From Camelus dromedarius (taxonomy: Eukaryota), in contig NC_087436.1 of the NCBI RefSeq assembly GCF_036321535.1, positions 121,956,001 to 122,020,000 of the forward strand: a DNA stretch of 64,000 nucleotides, read 5' to 3'. The translations under genes and the position numbers were made by a program. This document shows, piece after piece, positions 1-13,315 of this stretch (positions within the stretch are counted from its first letter, which is position 1; every line of letters starts with the position of its first letter). The notes under the pieces were generated by a model. That model searched no databases. It saw only the letters and a program-made list of their open reading frames with translations, and had not been told where the DNA came from.

Positions 1-560
1 TCGCCAGTAAGGACCGATCCGCACCTCCGCCCAGTTCGCGTCCCCATCGTCCTGTGCCCACTCGCGTGTTCTCGAATCCAGGGCAATCTCCTGCCCGGCG
101 GCGGGATGAGCGCGCCCGGGGCCGCCGGCTCAGCGGGGCCGGAGGGGCGGTTCGCCTGGCGTGGCGTCCCTCCTCGGCCGTCGGGTCGGGGTCTGGGCAG
201 CGCGCCCCGCGCCTCGGAAGCTGCGCCAGTCGCACTGCGGGCGTTGCATCCCCGCCGCCCGGTCAGGGCTCGTGTCCGCTGCGTCCGGAGCGAGTTGGGC
301 TGCGTCGGTGCCCGGGAGCCGAGCGCAGGGTCCTGGGTGCACTTTAGGCATCCGGCGGCTGCACGATGGGGGCAGGCGCAGCGTGAAGGCCGGGAGGGCA
401 GGGACGCTGGGGTCTTGGCTGGGGTGTTGCGGCTCGGGTGCGGCCAGTGGTCACATCCGGGCGCCTCGGACATCCGAGGCTGCAGTGTTGCTGACTGACC
501 CAGGGAACACCACCCGCCCTCTGGATCTGGCTTCCCTGCTACCCCCCGCCGTGAGTGGCC
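1..560. promoter_or_regulatory. Downstream part of the ZFYVE28 promoter CpG island (start of intron 1)
   Basis: Very dense CpG and high GC that fall off after ~560; canonical first coding exon (MMNRFRKWLYKPK, from memory) not present, so it should lie just upstream. Confidence 0.75.
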
Positions 561-3500
561 TCTGATTGGGGGGTGTCCTGAAATCTGTACCTTTCTGGCC
601 CACCCCTTTGGGGAGGCCGCAGGTTTGTTGGAAGTCTGGCACCTGAGGCCCTGCGGTGAGTTCAGGGGCCCGCAGCGCTCCTGCGTCTTGCCTTTGGGGT
701 GGGAGAGTTTTCCCAGTGATGGGCTGAGGGCTTAGGATGCCTGGGGCTGCCCCCTGCTCGGCCTTGGCCTTGCCCAGAGGGGATATGGATTTTCGGATTC
801 CTTCCGGCCTGGTGCAGCTGTGCAGCCCTTCTCACTCCTCCCCACCTCCTGGTCTTGCAGCAGCTACTTTCTTGGTGTGACCCTGGTGCTTCCTGGCACT
901 GCCTGTGTGTGGGGCCTCCCAGCCCTGGGCTGCCTTCTGCCCAGCCCTCTCCTCCCTGCGGTCCCCCGAGGCTGCTCTCGTCCTGCCTGCTGGTGCTGTG
1001 TAGGTTGCCAGGGGAGGGTGGCAGCCTCTGCATGGGACATCTGTCCAAGGAGTGGCTTTTTGTTTGTGTGACTTCTGTCACCAGTTAAGGAGAACCCAAG
1101 TCTACTTGTCAAAAGGTCATTTTGGGGTGGGCAGCAGCATGATTTTTTCAGATACAGGGTGAGGCCAGCAGAGAAATGTATCATGTAGCGTTCTGGTGTC
1201 TCTGAAAGCACATCTGTCAAGGTTCCTGAGGCTGCGATGACTCTTTCCAGACGTGGCTGTGGAAGGGGCCTTGTTACCAGCGTCGCCGGGCTGTATCACG
1301 TTGTTGGAAGGGAAGGAAGAGCAGCGTGGCCTCTGTTTCATCTATAATTGAGTAATTTCAGTGGCCCTGCCTGTTTCAGTTTTGGGAAAAGTCTTTAAAA
1401 GTGGAAAATGATACTGCCCTGGAGATTGTGCCCCAGAATTGAGAACCACGTCCCTAATTTCCCCTGTCTCAGGCCACTGCCCCTCCAAAGCCAGCTCCAG
1501 GCGCTGACCAGGGTGAGGCGGAGAGTTGGTGAGTCAGCCAGTCCCAGCGATTCAGCCGAAAGGTGTGTGCTTTAGGAGAAGGGAGGAGATAGGGTTTCAT
1601 CTGGTCCTCTCCCTTCCTTCGCTGTCATCTCTTAGCTTGTCATCTGACCCCTGGACTCAAGACGCATCTCCATCTGAGAACTTTGTGTCCAACCGCAGTG
1701 TTTGCCCTGCGGTCAGCCTGAGCGTGGGCCACCCCTTGTTGGACATCTGTCTTTGGGGTGAAATATTTTGATTGCTTGAAGTGTTGGAGTAGATTGTCAC
1801 CCCAATAGGTTTTCATTTTTCAAATCAAAACTCGTATTTTTGCTCAGGTTGTGGACGGATTTTTGCACTTCCCCTCCCTATGTAATTTAATACGCTTTGG
1901 TCCAAGTGAGCACAAGTCAGTTCTGGGAGATCTCCGGGCCTGGAGGAATTGAAGTGTTATACGTTAGCTGCGGGAGGATGTGTCTAAGAGAGACTGTTGC
2001 CTGCAGTTCAGATTTTTTTCCACTGTTGTGTTTGGATAGATGTACAATTCAAACTGAATTCTTGATTTAATCCCTGATTTGGTTTAATACTGAGCACTGA
2101 GCTTTCGTTCATCACAACTCAGTGGGAAACATTCTGAAACCAAAAAACTCATTGTTCTTGTAGTTTTAAAAAATATTTGAAAAAGCTTTAAAATACTCTT
2201 ATATGACATTTAAAATTTTCGCTATCCGAGTCACGAATAACAACCTGAGTAACAGACGAACCAGCCTGATGTGTACAGTAGTTTAACATTAAAATGAATT
2301 TGCACTCTTACTCCCTTTTATTTCCTTTAAGGCAGTCTTTTAAACACTGTTATGATTTTTTTCATGGAAAGTGTCCAGGATTTGTAAGTCTTTTTGCTTT
2401 TGTTCAGGAGGAGTTAACTTTAAGAAGGTGAAACATTTTGGATAGCGGATGTCTTCTTTTGACACAAAAATATCAATATTTGTGTTTCATGCTGGGTTAT
2501 AGCTTTCTTGTTGATCCTGGGTGATGGGTGACAGTGCTGAGGGGTGAAATCTTGGCGTGGGGGAAGGGGGACCTGGACCGGACCCCATGGGGTCTTCTTG
2601 GCCATCATCAAAGAACATGTTAGTGATGGTCCGGGGTGAATTTGTGTTTTCCATTTTTGAGGAAGACTCGATCAGTATGTAGGTGGTGTTGCCCAGATGT
2701 ATGGAGGTTACCACGTGGTGAGTGGTTATGCTCAGCCACGCACCCCATGTGGAACTCTTGTCATTCCAAACCATTTCTGGGGTGTGGTATAGTAACTTTC
2801 CTCATGCCCCTTCTTTTCGGGGAGACATTCCTTCCAAGTACAGTGCTTCACTGAGTGATGCTCATCTGGAAACTGTCAATATTCTGGGTTCAGATTAGGG
2901 ATGAACTAGCCTCCTTCTCAAAGAGAAGCCGGAGTAACCTGCTGGGTGTGTGTGCTTCCTGAAAGAAGAACCCTTTGATCTTGGTGAAGTTGAGATCAGG
3001 CAGGTGGGGGCTGTGGAACTTCCCACCGTGGCTGTTTCCGGAGCCCCAGCCCACCCGGCCATGGGCGTGCAGCTGCCGGTTGGGGTCAGGGGCCGTCACT
3101 CTGTACTTTGACTGCCAGGAGGAGGGGGGCACACCCTGAAGTGCAGTGGCAGTTGGGAGTCCTCAGGTGTTAAATTGGTGGGCTCCAGGGCAGGGGAAAG
3201 TCCTGGCCTTGTGTCTGTACTGCCCTCATTGTACCCAGATGGTGTGCAGCCCACCTGACCCTATAGGGCTCCCCCATGGTGGCCGTGGGTAAAGGGTAAT
3301 AACGCAGATGGCAGAGCCCCAGAGGAACACAGCCACACTGTCGGCAAGCCCCCCAGCCCAGAGCGCTTCTGGAGGGGTGGCAGTGGAGGCGAGGGAGAAG
3401 GGTGGTCTTCCTGCAACCTGGTCCGGTTGCTCCAGGGTCCCCGCAGTGCCGTGTGCGGCCTCACACCAGGTAGAGGCTCTGTTCTCGGATCATGGGATTT

Positions 3501-4375
3501 TCGTGTTAACTGCTAGCCCGGCAGCTGACTGGTTCTTTTTTAGCCGATAAATTCTGAGTGCCCTGCTGCGGCTGAGGCTGTCCTTGGAGGAGCACGATTC
3601 TCTCCGACGTGAGCTCCTGGGAAGCCAGTGGTCTAGAAAGCCTGGCTGCATGGGCTGTGCCAGCGCCAAGCTCCCTCTCCTAGCGGGTGGTGCCTGGCAC
3701 AGAGCAGGGCTCGGCAGGTCCGGGAAGGATGCTCTGCGGTGCTGAGTCAGAGCGGGCGTGGCTGGCCTAGGGCACCTGTCTCTTGTCCCTGAAGTCAGAG
3801 GGCACTGGGGCCTCGGCCTCCCGGCTGCCAGGTCTGGTGGCCCCCAGAGAGCCTTCCTCCCAATGCCTCACACTGTCAGGCCTGGGCAGCCAGGAGGCCC
3901 TGGGAGTCCACATGTCACGGAGGCGTGTAGCCCCTGCCCCGGCTCTGGCGGGGAGTCTCAGTGGGCAGCTCTCATCTCATTTCCTGGCTCGGCTGCATTT
4001 CTGTCTGTGGTGGGGGTGGGGAGGGGAGCGTGGGGCCGCCCACGCCCAGCCCTGTGCCCCCGTGTTTGCCGGGCAGGGGAGAAGCTGAGCTGCAGACAGG
4101 CAGCGAGCATGAGTTTCTGTGCCAGCTCTGTGCCAACCCTGACGTCATCACTTAGGGGTCTGCTTTACCATCAGCACTGGGTGTTTACGGGAAATGAATG
4201 ATATGGTTTCTGCTAAGTGGGCAGGGAGTCCGAAGCTTCGCCTAATTGATATCTGGTCCCGTGTCCAGCCGGCGGTGGCCTGGCGGGAGGGAGCCAGGGC
4301 CGCGGTGCGCGTGCTGCCCGCTCTCAGCGGGAAGTGTGTTAGGCAATTTCATCCCACCCTCCATTCAAAGACGGC

Positions 4376-4394
4376 GGGGGGGGGGGGGGGGGGG
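4376..4394. repeat. Poly-G homopolymer (19 nt)
   Basis: Directly visible. Confidence 0.9.
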
Positions 4395-4769
4395 TTTCAG
4401 GAGCTTTAGTGCCTCTCCTTAGAGCTGCCAGGAATTCCCGGAACACCAGATGCGCTTGTTTTAAAAGTGTAAAAACGCACATCCCAGAGCGCAGGTGACT
4501 GAAGGGTGGCCTGCGGGCTCTGAGTGCGGAGCCCTGCCTGAGCCGGCAGCGCTGCGTGGTGCGGCCCTTCCGCGGCGGGCTGTGCGCCCACACGAAGGTG
4601 AGCAACGGTGACCTGATTCCAGTTCAAGGAGAAACAAATGCCTAGAATGTTGTGGGTTTTCAGTATTTCTCTCATGTTTTATTGCCCTAAGTCTTTGCTG
4701 CTAGCCGTGGCTTATGTGTCTCCACAGGGTTGAAGCCACAGACAGGGCTGCAGGGGCCTCACCCCACCC

Positions 4770-4830
4770 CCAGCCTGTGCCTCAGTTTCCCTATCTGTCG
4801 GATGGGGGTGATGGGGTCTGTTGTGTGGAA
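4770..4830. mobile_element. MIR SINE fragment
   Basis: Core ctgtgcctcagtttccctatctgt...atgggg. Confidence 0.6.
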
Positions 4831-6164
4831 TTTGAGGGGATCAGCTCTGTCAAAGGCTCACAGTCATGGCTCGAGAAATGACCTGCCATTATCAGTGGGG
4901 CTTGCAGGTGGCTGGGAGGTGTGGACTTAGGACCGTGCCTGGAGTGTTTAATGGAGTACCCAGGGCCACTTGGAGAGTGAGGTGTCTTTTTGGTATTCAG
5001 TTGCTGGGAACAGACCCTGACTCGGGGCGCTCAGTTGTCCCGTTGGGCCGGTTACCTGCGCCTTCCTGGTGGCAGAGACACAGCTGTGTGCTCCCACACC
5101 ATCTGGGCCTCCGGCTCCCAGGTGAGTCCTGGGGCTGAGTGTCAGCCTGTGTGGGCTGCAGGCCTGGCCCCCAGACCTCTTGAGCCATCCTCCTGTGGGT
5201 GTGGCCTGCATCCTCGGCTGGACCCCGTAGAGGACCATGGAGTGGTGAAGGCGACGGGGGGGAGGGGGCCGGGCGTAAATGACAGCATGGGTATAGATCC
5301 CTGCTGCGTGAGGCACTGAGGCCTGGGGTGCTTGTGACACTGTGATGATCCTAGTGCGCCCTGTCTTACGAGCGAGGTCTCCGGACGGCATGTTAAACGA
5401 CTCACTGGAGCCTTCCCAGGCAGGAGTGGCAGGGCTGGGATTTGAACTCTGGTCCGTCTGACCCCAGGGTGGGAGCACCCACACCCTGAGCTGTGCGTTT
5501 CTGGCAAGAATGAACCGTAGCTCTCATCAATGTCTTTAAGATTCCCATTTGGTGAAACAATTACTTTTGTACTTTTTACAGTTGGGTTGCAAAGAAACTT
5601 AGATATTGATGGGCAATTCAAATGGTTGAAGGAAGAAGACAAAAGTGAATGGATTTTTTCCCCCACTGATCTGAATAGATTAAGCGAAAGTAGAATAGAA
5701 CATTTCATACTATGGAAATTTATGCAGAGTAGTTGGTTAAGATGAATGGAATGTTTTTTTCTTTCTTACAGTAAGCATTTTGAAGCTCTTCCATTTCTCC
5801 TTGTTTTATGTTGGGTGGAGGCGGGGTGGGTGCTGGGGACACTTCACACGGGGCTCCCTTCATGGCTGAGGGGGTCCTTTGAGCTCTGCGTGGGGGGCTC
5901 TGTAAGTCTCTGCCATGTGGGGTTTGCTCCAGTTAAAGCTTTCTCCTTGACAAACCATCCCAAACCATGGGGTACACTGGCTGGGGCCTGGGGGAAAATG
6001 AGTCAGCACACCCACTGTGGGGATGGTGTCTTTAGAGCCGGAATTTTTTGCATTGGCTTTTCAGTTTTTGAGAATGTTTCCAATTGTTTTTAGGGATATT
6101 GTAATTATTAAAAAGTCTAAAAGAACCAAATATCTAGGTGTCTGGTACATTTAAGAATTGAAGA

Positions 6165-6632
6165 CCCACATTCATAGCAATGTGAATAACCAGAAGGTGG
6201 GCACAGCCCAAATGTCCGTCAACAGTGAACCGGTAAAAAAAATGGGGTCTGTGCACACGATGGAGTACTATTCAGCCATGAAAAGGATGCTATACATACT
6301 TTTCAACGTGGATGAGCCTTGAAAACATGATGCTAAGTGTGAAGAAGTCAGACACGAAAGGACAAATAGAGTGTGATTCCATTTATGTGAAATGTCCAGA
6401 ATTGGCAAATCCACAGAGACAGGAAATACACCAGTGGCTGCTGGGGTGGGGGGAGGGGAATGAGGAATGATAGCAAAAAGGCATGGGGTTTCTTTTTAGG
6501 GGCAATGAGAAAGTTTTCAAACTGGGGACTGGCGATGGTTGGACGACATCGTGAATGCACCAGGTACCACTGAATTACACACTTTAAAATGGTTAATTGT
6601 ATGTTGTGTGAATTCCACTGCCATTAAAAAAA
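6165..6632 (+). mobile_element. Old L1M (L1MB-like) 3' end
   Basis: cacattcatagca...cccaaatgtcc...tactattcagccatgaaaagga...gaattacacactttaaaatggttaa then A-run. Confidence 0.85.
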
Positions 6633-7229
6633 GGATTTTATCATTTTTGTAGAGATGTTTTTACAAATTGTAGAATTTTTTGAGATGATAAAGATGATAA
6701 AGATGTTTTGCAGCTGAGTAGAAAGATGCAGGGCCACATTTCTCAAGGGGCTTGGCGTTCTGAGGCTAGCTGGAAGCCACACAGCCTCACTTCTTGGTCC
6801 CTCAGTGCTGGCCCCTCCTCCAGTCTGGGGACAGGCTGTCAGCTCTCTCTCCTGGTGTGTGGGGGATGGGGGATGCTGCGTCCTAGGGAGTCCTCACCAT
6901 GGTGGCTGGGGGTGCAGTGACTGGGTGGGGGTCTGGGGGGTCAGGCGAGGAGTGCCAATGGGGTGGGTTGGAGGGACTCACACGTAAAGCCAGGCCCCCA
7001 GTGGCAGGGGGCTGGGGAAACCTACACTCCACTTCGCCCCCTGTTGGTGCTAAGAGTCACCTGGGTACCTGGCCGAATAAAAGGCAAAACCGTCCCAGAG
7101 GGGCCCTCCTGCCGCACCGTGGAGGTGGAATTCACGGTAAAAAGTTACCAAACTCAGGAGAATGTGGTTCTCCCTGAGCAAGAATCAGCAGAGAGCAAAG
7201 GCTAGTGGAACCATCCTTTACAACAGCCA

Positions 7230-7860
7230 GGACATGGAGGGGGAACCGTGGGGCAACACCAATCCTTTTTTAAACAAGAGCCAAGTGGAACTCCCAGAAA
7301 TGAAAAAGACCGCCACCGGGTTTAAAAGCTCAAAGCTAAAACCAGCCCACCCCGAGGAATGGGTTAGACGTTGGCGGAGGGTGGGGCAGTGACCTGGAAG
7401 GTGGCTGAGGAGGTCCCCCCGCAGGCGGCCTGAGAGGCTTGGGCACACAGAGGACGGGATGAGGATGTCCACAGTGCATCTGACAGCACGATTGACCGGA
7501 GAGAAGGGGAGACTTTTGTCAGCTTGGGGCAGAGAGTGTTCCCGAGTTCAGGAACCAAGTCCCAGACGGGCTCAGAGGGGCCAGGCAGAGCCGAGCGTGC
7601 TGGGCGCGCCCGCGGAGCCCGGCAACGTGACGGGAGGCCAGGGGGGAGCCCTTTCGCAGCCGGAGGGGCTCGCCCCGCGCGGCGTCCTGGGCCCGGCTGG
7701 GCTGCCATCCGCAGAGGAGACAGTTTTACACGAAGACCAGAAAGTAACACCCCGAAATCCTCGCTGAGGAGAGGTGGGAAACGTTCTCCAGAAGGAAAAT
7801 CAAAGTCAGAGGAGGGTGTGGGAGGCGAGAAGCGAAGTCAGAAGCGTGCGTGGGGGCGGC
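7230..7860 (+). mobile_element. Heavily decayed L1 ORF1/HAL1-like fragment
   Basis: aagagccaagtggaactcccagaaatgaaaaag...tttaaaagctca resembles the L1 ORF1 coiled-coil coding region; remainder strongly diverged. Confidence 0.45.
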
Positions 7861-9174
7861 TGCAGGCGCGGGGGCCCTGTCCAGGGGCGCTTCCAGAACG
7901 AGGGGCGTGGGCACCCCGCTCAGCAGCGCGCGGCCGCGTGGGGCTGTGGAGCCGCGGGCCGTTCAGGTTCAGGGTGAGGAGGGAGGTGCTGGCCCGCTTC
8001 AGACCATGAGCTGAGTGTGCGAATTAACTCAGGGTGAGCCCTCGGAGAGCAGTTACAGAGTGAGGAAGTCCCTGACCAGGAGGGCAGAAAGAATAAAGAA
8101 AATGGAAGCACTCCAGTTCAGGGAGGAGGGGAGGGGAGAACGCAGCAGAGCAAAAGCCCAGTGCAGGCCGAGCAGGAAGTGAAGCTGCAGAGGTCCTGGC
8201 AAGTGCATCGGAGGGCTGCACGGGGCGGGTGGGCGGCCTCTGCCAGCTGCAGGCAGGAGGCGCCGCATGGGGAGCCGGGAGGGGGCGCGCAGGCTCCAGG
8301 AGGCCTTCTGGGGGGGGCCCTGGGCAAAGGGGAACAGCAGACCCCGAGGCCTTGGGGGCGGCTGGCCCTCCAAGGTGGCCTCTCCACTGCTCTGAACAGG
8401 CCATGGAGGGGGCGGCCCTGGCTGGGGTCGTCTCCCCCTAGAGCCATCCTGGGAGCCCAGCCCTGGTGAGCAGCGTGTCCTGATGGGACCCCTACTTCTT
8501 CATGCTCGTCAACCAAGACAGAGCTCGCAGGCCCGGTGGTCCCCTGAGGGGGCCATGCCCTCCCGCCCAGCAGCCCCGGGCTCACGGGGAGTGCCCCCGG
8601 CCCTGTGAGTCCTCATTGTGACCGGCTGCTCCTCAAGAGCCATTCCACACCCTGCTCTGTGCGCAGCAGCGCGGGCCCGGGATCAGGGTGGTGACTGGAT
8701 CCCCGGAGCCGGCCACGGCTGAGCTGAGAGTGGGGTCGCCCCTGAGCTGTCGCAGGCTGGGGCTTCGTCTGCTGGTTCTCGGACACTGAGACAGTTTGGG
8801 TCCTGGGGAGGGGACACAGTCCCCTGGATTCCGGCCAGAACTGGCTCTTACTCAGGCAGAAGCTTCTGCCCTGTAGCAGGCGTGGGCACTGGGGCTTTAG
8901 CTGGGTGACGTCCTTCCTAGACAAGAGCTCTGTGCCGTCTTGAGCACCCGCAAACCAGGTGGCGGGGACACAGTGTCCCGTCCTCAGGAGGACAGGAACA
9001 GGGCCGAGGGCGCTTGGGTAGGGGTGGGAGGAGGTCCTGAAGGCTGTCGGGAGGCCTGGGCAGGAGGGCGCTGCAGCTGGCAAGCTTGGGCACAAAGGAC
9101 CTACCTGATCCTGAGAGCTCTGGGTGCACAGGTGCCACCCAGATGTTTTAGGATCTGCGTGACCAGCTTTTGTA

Positions 9175-9520
9175 GGTTGGGTTTTGTCCCCTAAAAGACA
9201 CTTCAAGCCCGAACCCCTGTACCCTTGAGCATGACCTTATTTGGAGATAGATCTTTGCAGAGTTCTACTTAAAATGCTGTCATCAGGGTGGGCCCTGAGC
9301 CCACAGGACAGGGGTCCTTCTGGAAAGGGGACATGAGCACAGACACACGCAGGGAGGAGACTGTGTGAAGGTGGAGGCAGAGACGAGGTGATGTTTCCAC
9401 AGCCAAAGAATACCAAGGTTGCCAGCAACCCCCAATGCGGGTCAGAGAGGCCTGGACAGAGGCTCCTCAGAGGTGACAGAAGCAGCGTGTGTCCCTGGTT
9501 CTGGCAGCTGAGCAGGGAAT
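9175..9520 (+). mobile_element. MLT1-type (ERVL-MaLR) solo LTR
   Basis: tgtcccctaaaaga...atgaccttatttggagatagatctttgcaga...tgtgaaggtggaggcagagac. Confidence 0.8.
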
Positions 9521-11944
9521 GGAGCCCGATGGCGAGACTGCACAGGACGGACCAGAGAGGTGGCCGGGTCTGGGTCAGGAACGTCCGCCAGGAATTTCGG
9601 CACATTCCATCTGCTTCCACGGCCCCGGGGTTGGCCTTGTCTTCTGGCCTCGGCACTCCCCATTTTCCCAGGGGTCCCCAGCCTCCCCCCCCAGCTCTGC
9701 TGGCACCGGTAAAGGGGCTTCTGGGAGGCCCTGAGGGTGGGGGTCCTGGTGGGGCTAAAGGGCTGCATTGTCATCTTCAGTGGCCGCTTGCTGAGCCCTC
9801 GGCCGGGGCCAGGGGTGGGCCACCCAGTCTGTGCCCACGAGGGCCTTCGTGGGCCCTGCAGCCCAGGCCCATGGAGGTGGCATCCCAGGGAGTGGTTCAT
9901 GCCTTCACCTCCCACTAGCTGTCTCCCCACAGGACTCACCACTAAGCCTCACACGGAAAGTCCCTCCTCACATTCGGAGCTCAGGATTCCGGGGGCCGGG
10001 AGGGGCCGTGACGGCACACCTGCCTCCCCGGGCAGGTCATCCCCGGGCTGCACCTGGCCTGCTTCCCCCAGGTGACACTTCCATTTCTGTGTGTGCCCTG
10101 CTGTGGTGCCTTTGGCCCCATTCTCGGGGCACATGTGACGGCAGCCACCTCCGGTCCTTGTGGACAAAGCAGGGCATCAGTTGATCAAAATAAACAGCTT
10201 GGACGCACTGCTTTGGACCTGCTCCCCCAGCAAAGGCTGGGGTGGCTGCCGGCCCCCTGGGCCCTCCTCCCGGCCACGTGGGACACCTGCTTGCTGAAGA
10301 ATCACTGCTCCCCGGACCCCTGTGCTTTAATAGCCGAACTGATGAGACTAGGGGTGTGTGCACGCGCATCACGTAGTTCACAGAAGTGTTTCTTTGGCAG
10401 GGGACTCATTTCAGACTTCTGAGGCCATTTCATGTCACCTGATGCTTCCAGATGTTCTTCAGTGGACCAACAACATATAACAGTACTTACCCACAGGCCA
10501 GGCCCTTCGTGTACATGAATTCAGTGCATTCAAGTTAAAAAAAAAAGGATGTGCTCACCGCAGCTGTCATTCCCTGGGCCTCTGGAAGGTTCTTGGCACA
10601 ACTGAAACTCTGGAGCCATGGGGCTCAGGGCTGTGTGCCCACCAGAGGAGCCGACAGACTTGCGTGGAGGGGCCAAAAAGCACCCACAGGCCCCCTCAGC
10701 CTCCGTGGGGGAGGGCCCCATGTAGACTAACTGTGCCTGACTGCGGCTTGTAGGCACCTTCCTGGGGCTCTTTTCTGGGGAGGACGTGGCTGATGGTGGG
10801 TCTCAGTGGCTCCAGCCTGGCCCGCGTCCTTCCACTTGCGCTGAGGAAACTTCAATCTGAGTGATGGAGAACCCAGCTCCACGTGGCCTGGTGACCGTGG
10901 GCATGAGCCAGCATGGCTCATGTTCAGCTGGGCTGGGGTCCAGACAATGGCCTGGTCCTGCTGTGAGCTCTTGTCCTGGTGAGGGGGCAGCAGGAGAAGC
11001 TGCAGTGGTACAGCTCGTGTCGGGACCCTACACAGACGTTCACACGGGATGGAGTCTCACTGTGGAGAGAGATGGAGGGAGGGAGGTGGCTTCCTTGTGG
11101 GTGTCCCTGTAAGCCGTCTGGTGTGATGAAATAAAGCCGTGAGGCCCTCAACCATCTCAGAACAGCAGAGTTAAAGTAATCATTTATTCATTCAACAAAC
11201 ATTAGCTGGGTAGGTACCGTGCGCCAGGCGCTGGGCTGGGGCCTTGGCAGAGACCCAGCCTCACGGGACTGTCTCGTGGGGGATAAATCTGGGTGCTGGA
11301 GCTCCTGGCCAAAGTAGTGGTTTCAGAGGGCAAAGGTTGGGAGCAGGGTGTGGGGAGAGCTGAGTGACCTGAAAGCTGCATGGACCCCGCCCTGTGACCC
11401 TGCGGGATCCTAACTTGCCCTCCCGACAGCTTCGTCTCCCAGGAGGGAGGAAGTCGCCAAGAGCGTCCTCAGGCATGTTCTCCGGCTCCCAGGCCTGCAG
11501 GATGCGCAGAACAAGGCCATCTGCCTAGAGAGCCACTCCCTGAGGCCGCCCCGCAGAGGCCCAGGGCTGAGGGCCTGCGTGGAAGAAAGGGGCAGGCGTG
11601 TCCGAGATGCCGTGACCTCCCACCCCCTCTGCACGTGACCCTGTGCAGACACCCTGCAGGTGTGACATTCCAAGGTCTTTCTAAAGGGGACGCTGACCCT
11701 GGGGGGCTGCCTCTCTGGACCACGTGCTGACCAACAGGTGTCTTGGGGGGTGACACTGACCAAGAGGGACTGAGGTCTGGGAACAGCAGATGCAAGCCGG
11801 CAGGGGTCTTCTCCATCCCACGAGGCCTGGAAGAGGGACTGTGGCTGAGCGCCCTGTGAACAGAGCCAGCACCTGCTCACTCAGTCTGCGTTTTTTAAAA
11901 AAAAAACCTTTTAAAAGGCTTTATTGAGGCATAAGGTATTTAAT

Positions 11945-12025
11945 GCCAATAAACTGTACCCCTAAAAGGGTTAGGATGGTAAAGTTTATGTTGTGTGCAT
12001 TTTACCACAATTAGAATTTTTTTTG
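11945..12025 (+). mobile_element. L1M 3' terminal fragment
   Basis: actgtacccctaaaagggttaggatggtaaagtttatgttgtgtgcattttaccacaat. Confidence 0.7.
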
Positions 12026-12669
12026 AGGTGCTTGGGTCTTGATCATGGTGGGGGACACGAGCCTCAGCACCGCGCACCCAGTGGGTGCAGGAAGCCGGGA
12101 ACGGCCGCGCCGGGCAGGTTGCGTCGCCGTCAGCGTCCTGGTTACCGCCTTGTCTGCAGCTTTGCTGGATGTCCCCGCTGAGGGGCAGGTGAGGGTGCAC
12201 GGGGCCCCTCTGACCTGTTTCTTACGAATCTACAATAATAACTGAAAGTAAGACATTCAATAAAAATAACCTTTCAAACAACCCCATTGACAGGCATCGC
12301 TGTGCCGTAAGCGGCACGTATTTAAAGCGGACAGTTTTAGTTTTGACCTTTGAACGCACCTGTGAAACCGTCCCCACAGTGAGGACACTGTGGCCCCAGA
12401 AGTTCCCCGGCCCCCCCGGCGCCCCGCCCTGCTCCCCCTCCCCCAGCCTCCCCCTGCCAGGTCAGCACTGCTCTGCTTTCTGTCATTACAGATCAGCTTA
12501 AACTTTCCATAAAAAGAAAAAAGGGTGTGTAACTAGGGACAACTCCGAGGGCCCCTCCCCAGCCATGGGGAGGCCAGACGCCCGGGTTTGTGGCGACACA
12601 CAAAGTGCAGCAAAAGGAGCTTCTCGGAGGCCCTTACGGCGGCAGGACGACGGCTAGGAGGGTGCTGCG

Positions 12670-12955
12670 CCCCAGACCCCCGCGGTGGCACTGTTGGGAG
12701 GCGTGGCCTCTAGGAGGGACTTAGGGCGAGGCGGTGAGGGAGGGCCCTGGCCTAGGCTGGTGGCCGCCTTAGAAGGAGAGCCAGCAGACAGCACTGCCCC
12801 CACCGGACGCACGGGGTCGGGGAGGCCCTCGCTGGGAGCCGCCTACCCTGGCGCCTTGCCCCTGGACTCCTGCTTCCAGGACCGTGGCAAGTGAATGTTT
12901 GCTGTTTAAACTCCCAGGTCTGAGGTCTTCTGTTCCGGCCGCCCCAGCCAACTAA
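12670..12955 (+). mobile_element. MLT1-type MaLR LTR, GC-shifted
   Basis: ttgggaggcgtggcctctaggagg...gccttgcccctggactcctgcttccaggaccgtg...tttgctgtttaaac...gccccagccaactaa. Confidence 0.7.
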
Positions 12956-13315
12956 GGCCCGATGGGCCAGCCCGCTGCAGTCGCCGAGTAAGTCCGCTCC
13001 CACCGCAAGTGCGGGGCGTCGGCTCATTTGGGGAGGCTCTCCGAGTCCCCTGTGCTGCGACCGCTGGGCCTCTGTCTCAACAGGGCCTCCCACCTTTCAG
13101 CAGTCTGTGCTGGGCTTCATTCTGGGGTGGGGCTGGAGGTCCAAGAGAGAGACGTGGTGCAGGAGAGCCGGTGCCCCGCCAGACTCACACAGTCGTGTGG
13201 GCTACAGGTAGTGGGCAGCCCGGGCCAGGAGAGGGAACCACCTGCAGATGGAGGAGAGGGCTGACTGCAGAGGGCTGGGGGTCTCGGTGCATCATTGTAG
13301 GCGGTCTGTCTCCCA

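Noticed and set aside
2408..2427. Second microexon candidate (ttcag|GAGGAG...AAG|gtgaaa)
   Set aside because: 20 nt, not frame-preserving with any tandem AG; weak donor
5755..5780. Recursive splice site at ttcttacagtaagc
   Set aside because: AG is followed by TAAG, not the AG|GT that recursive sites require
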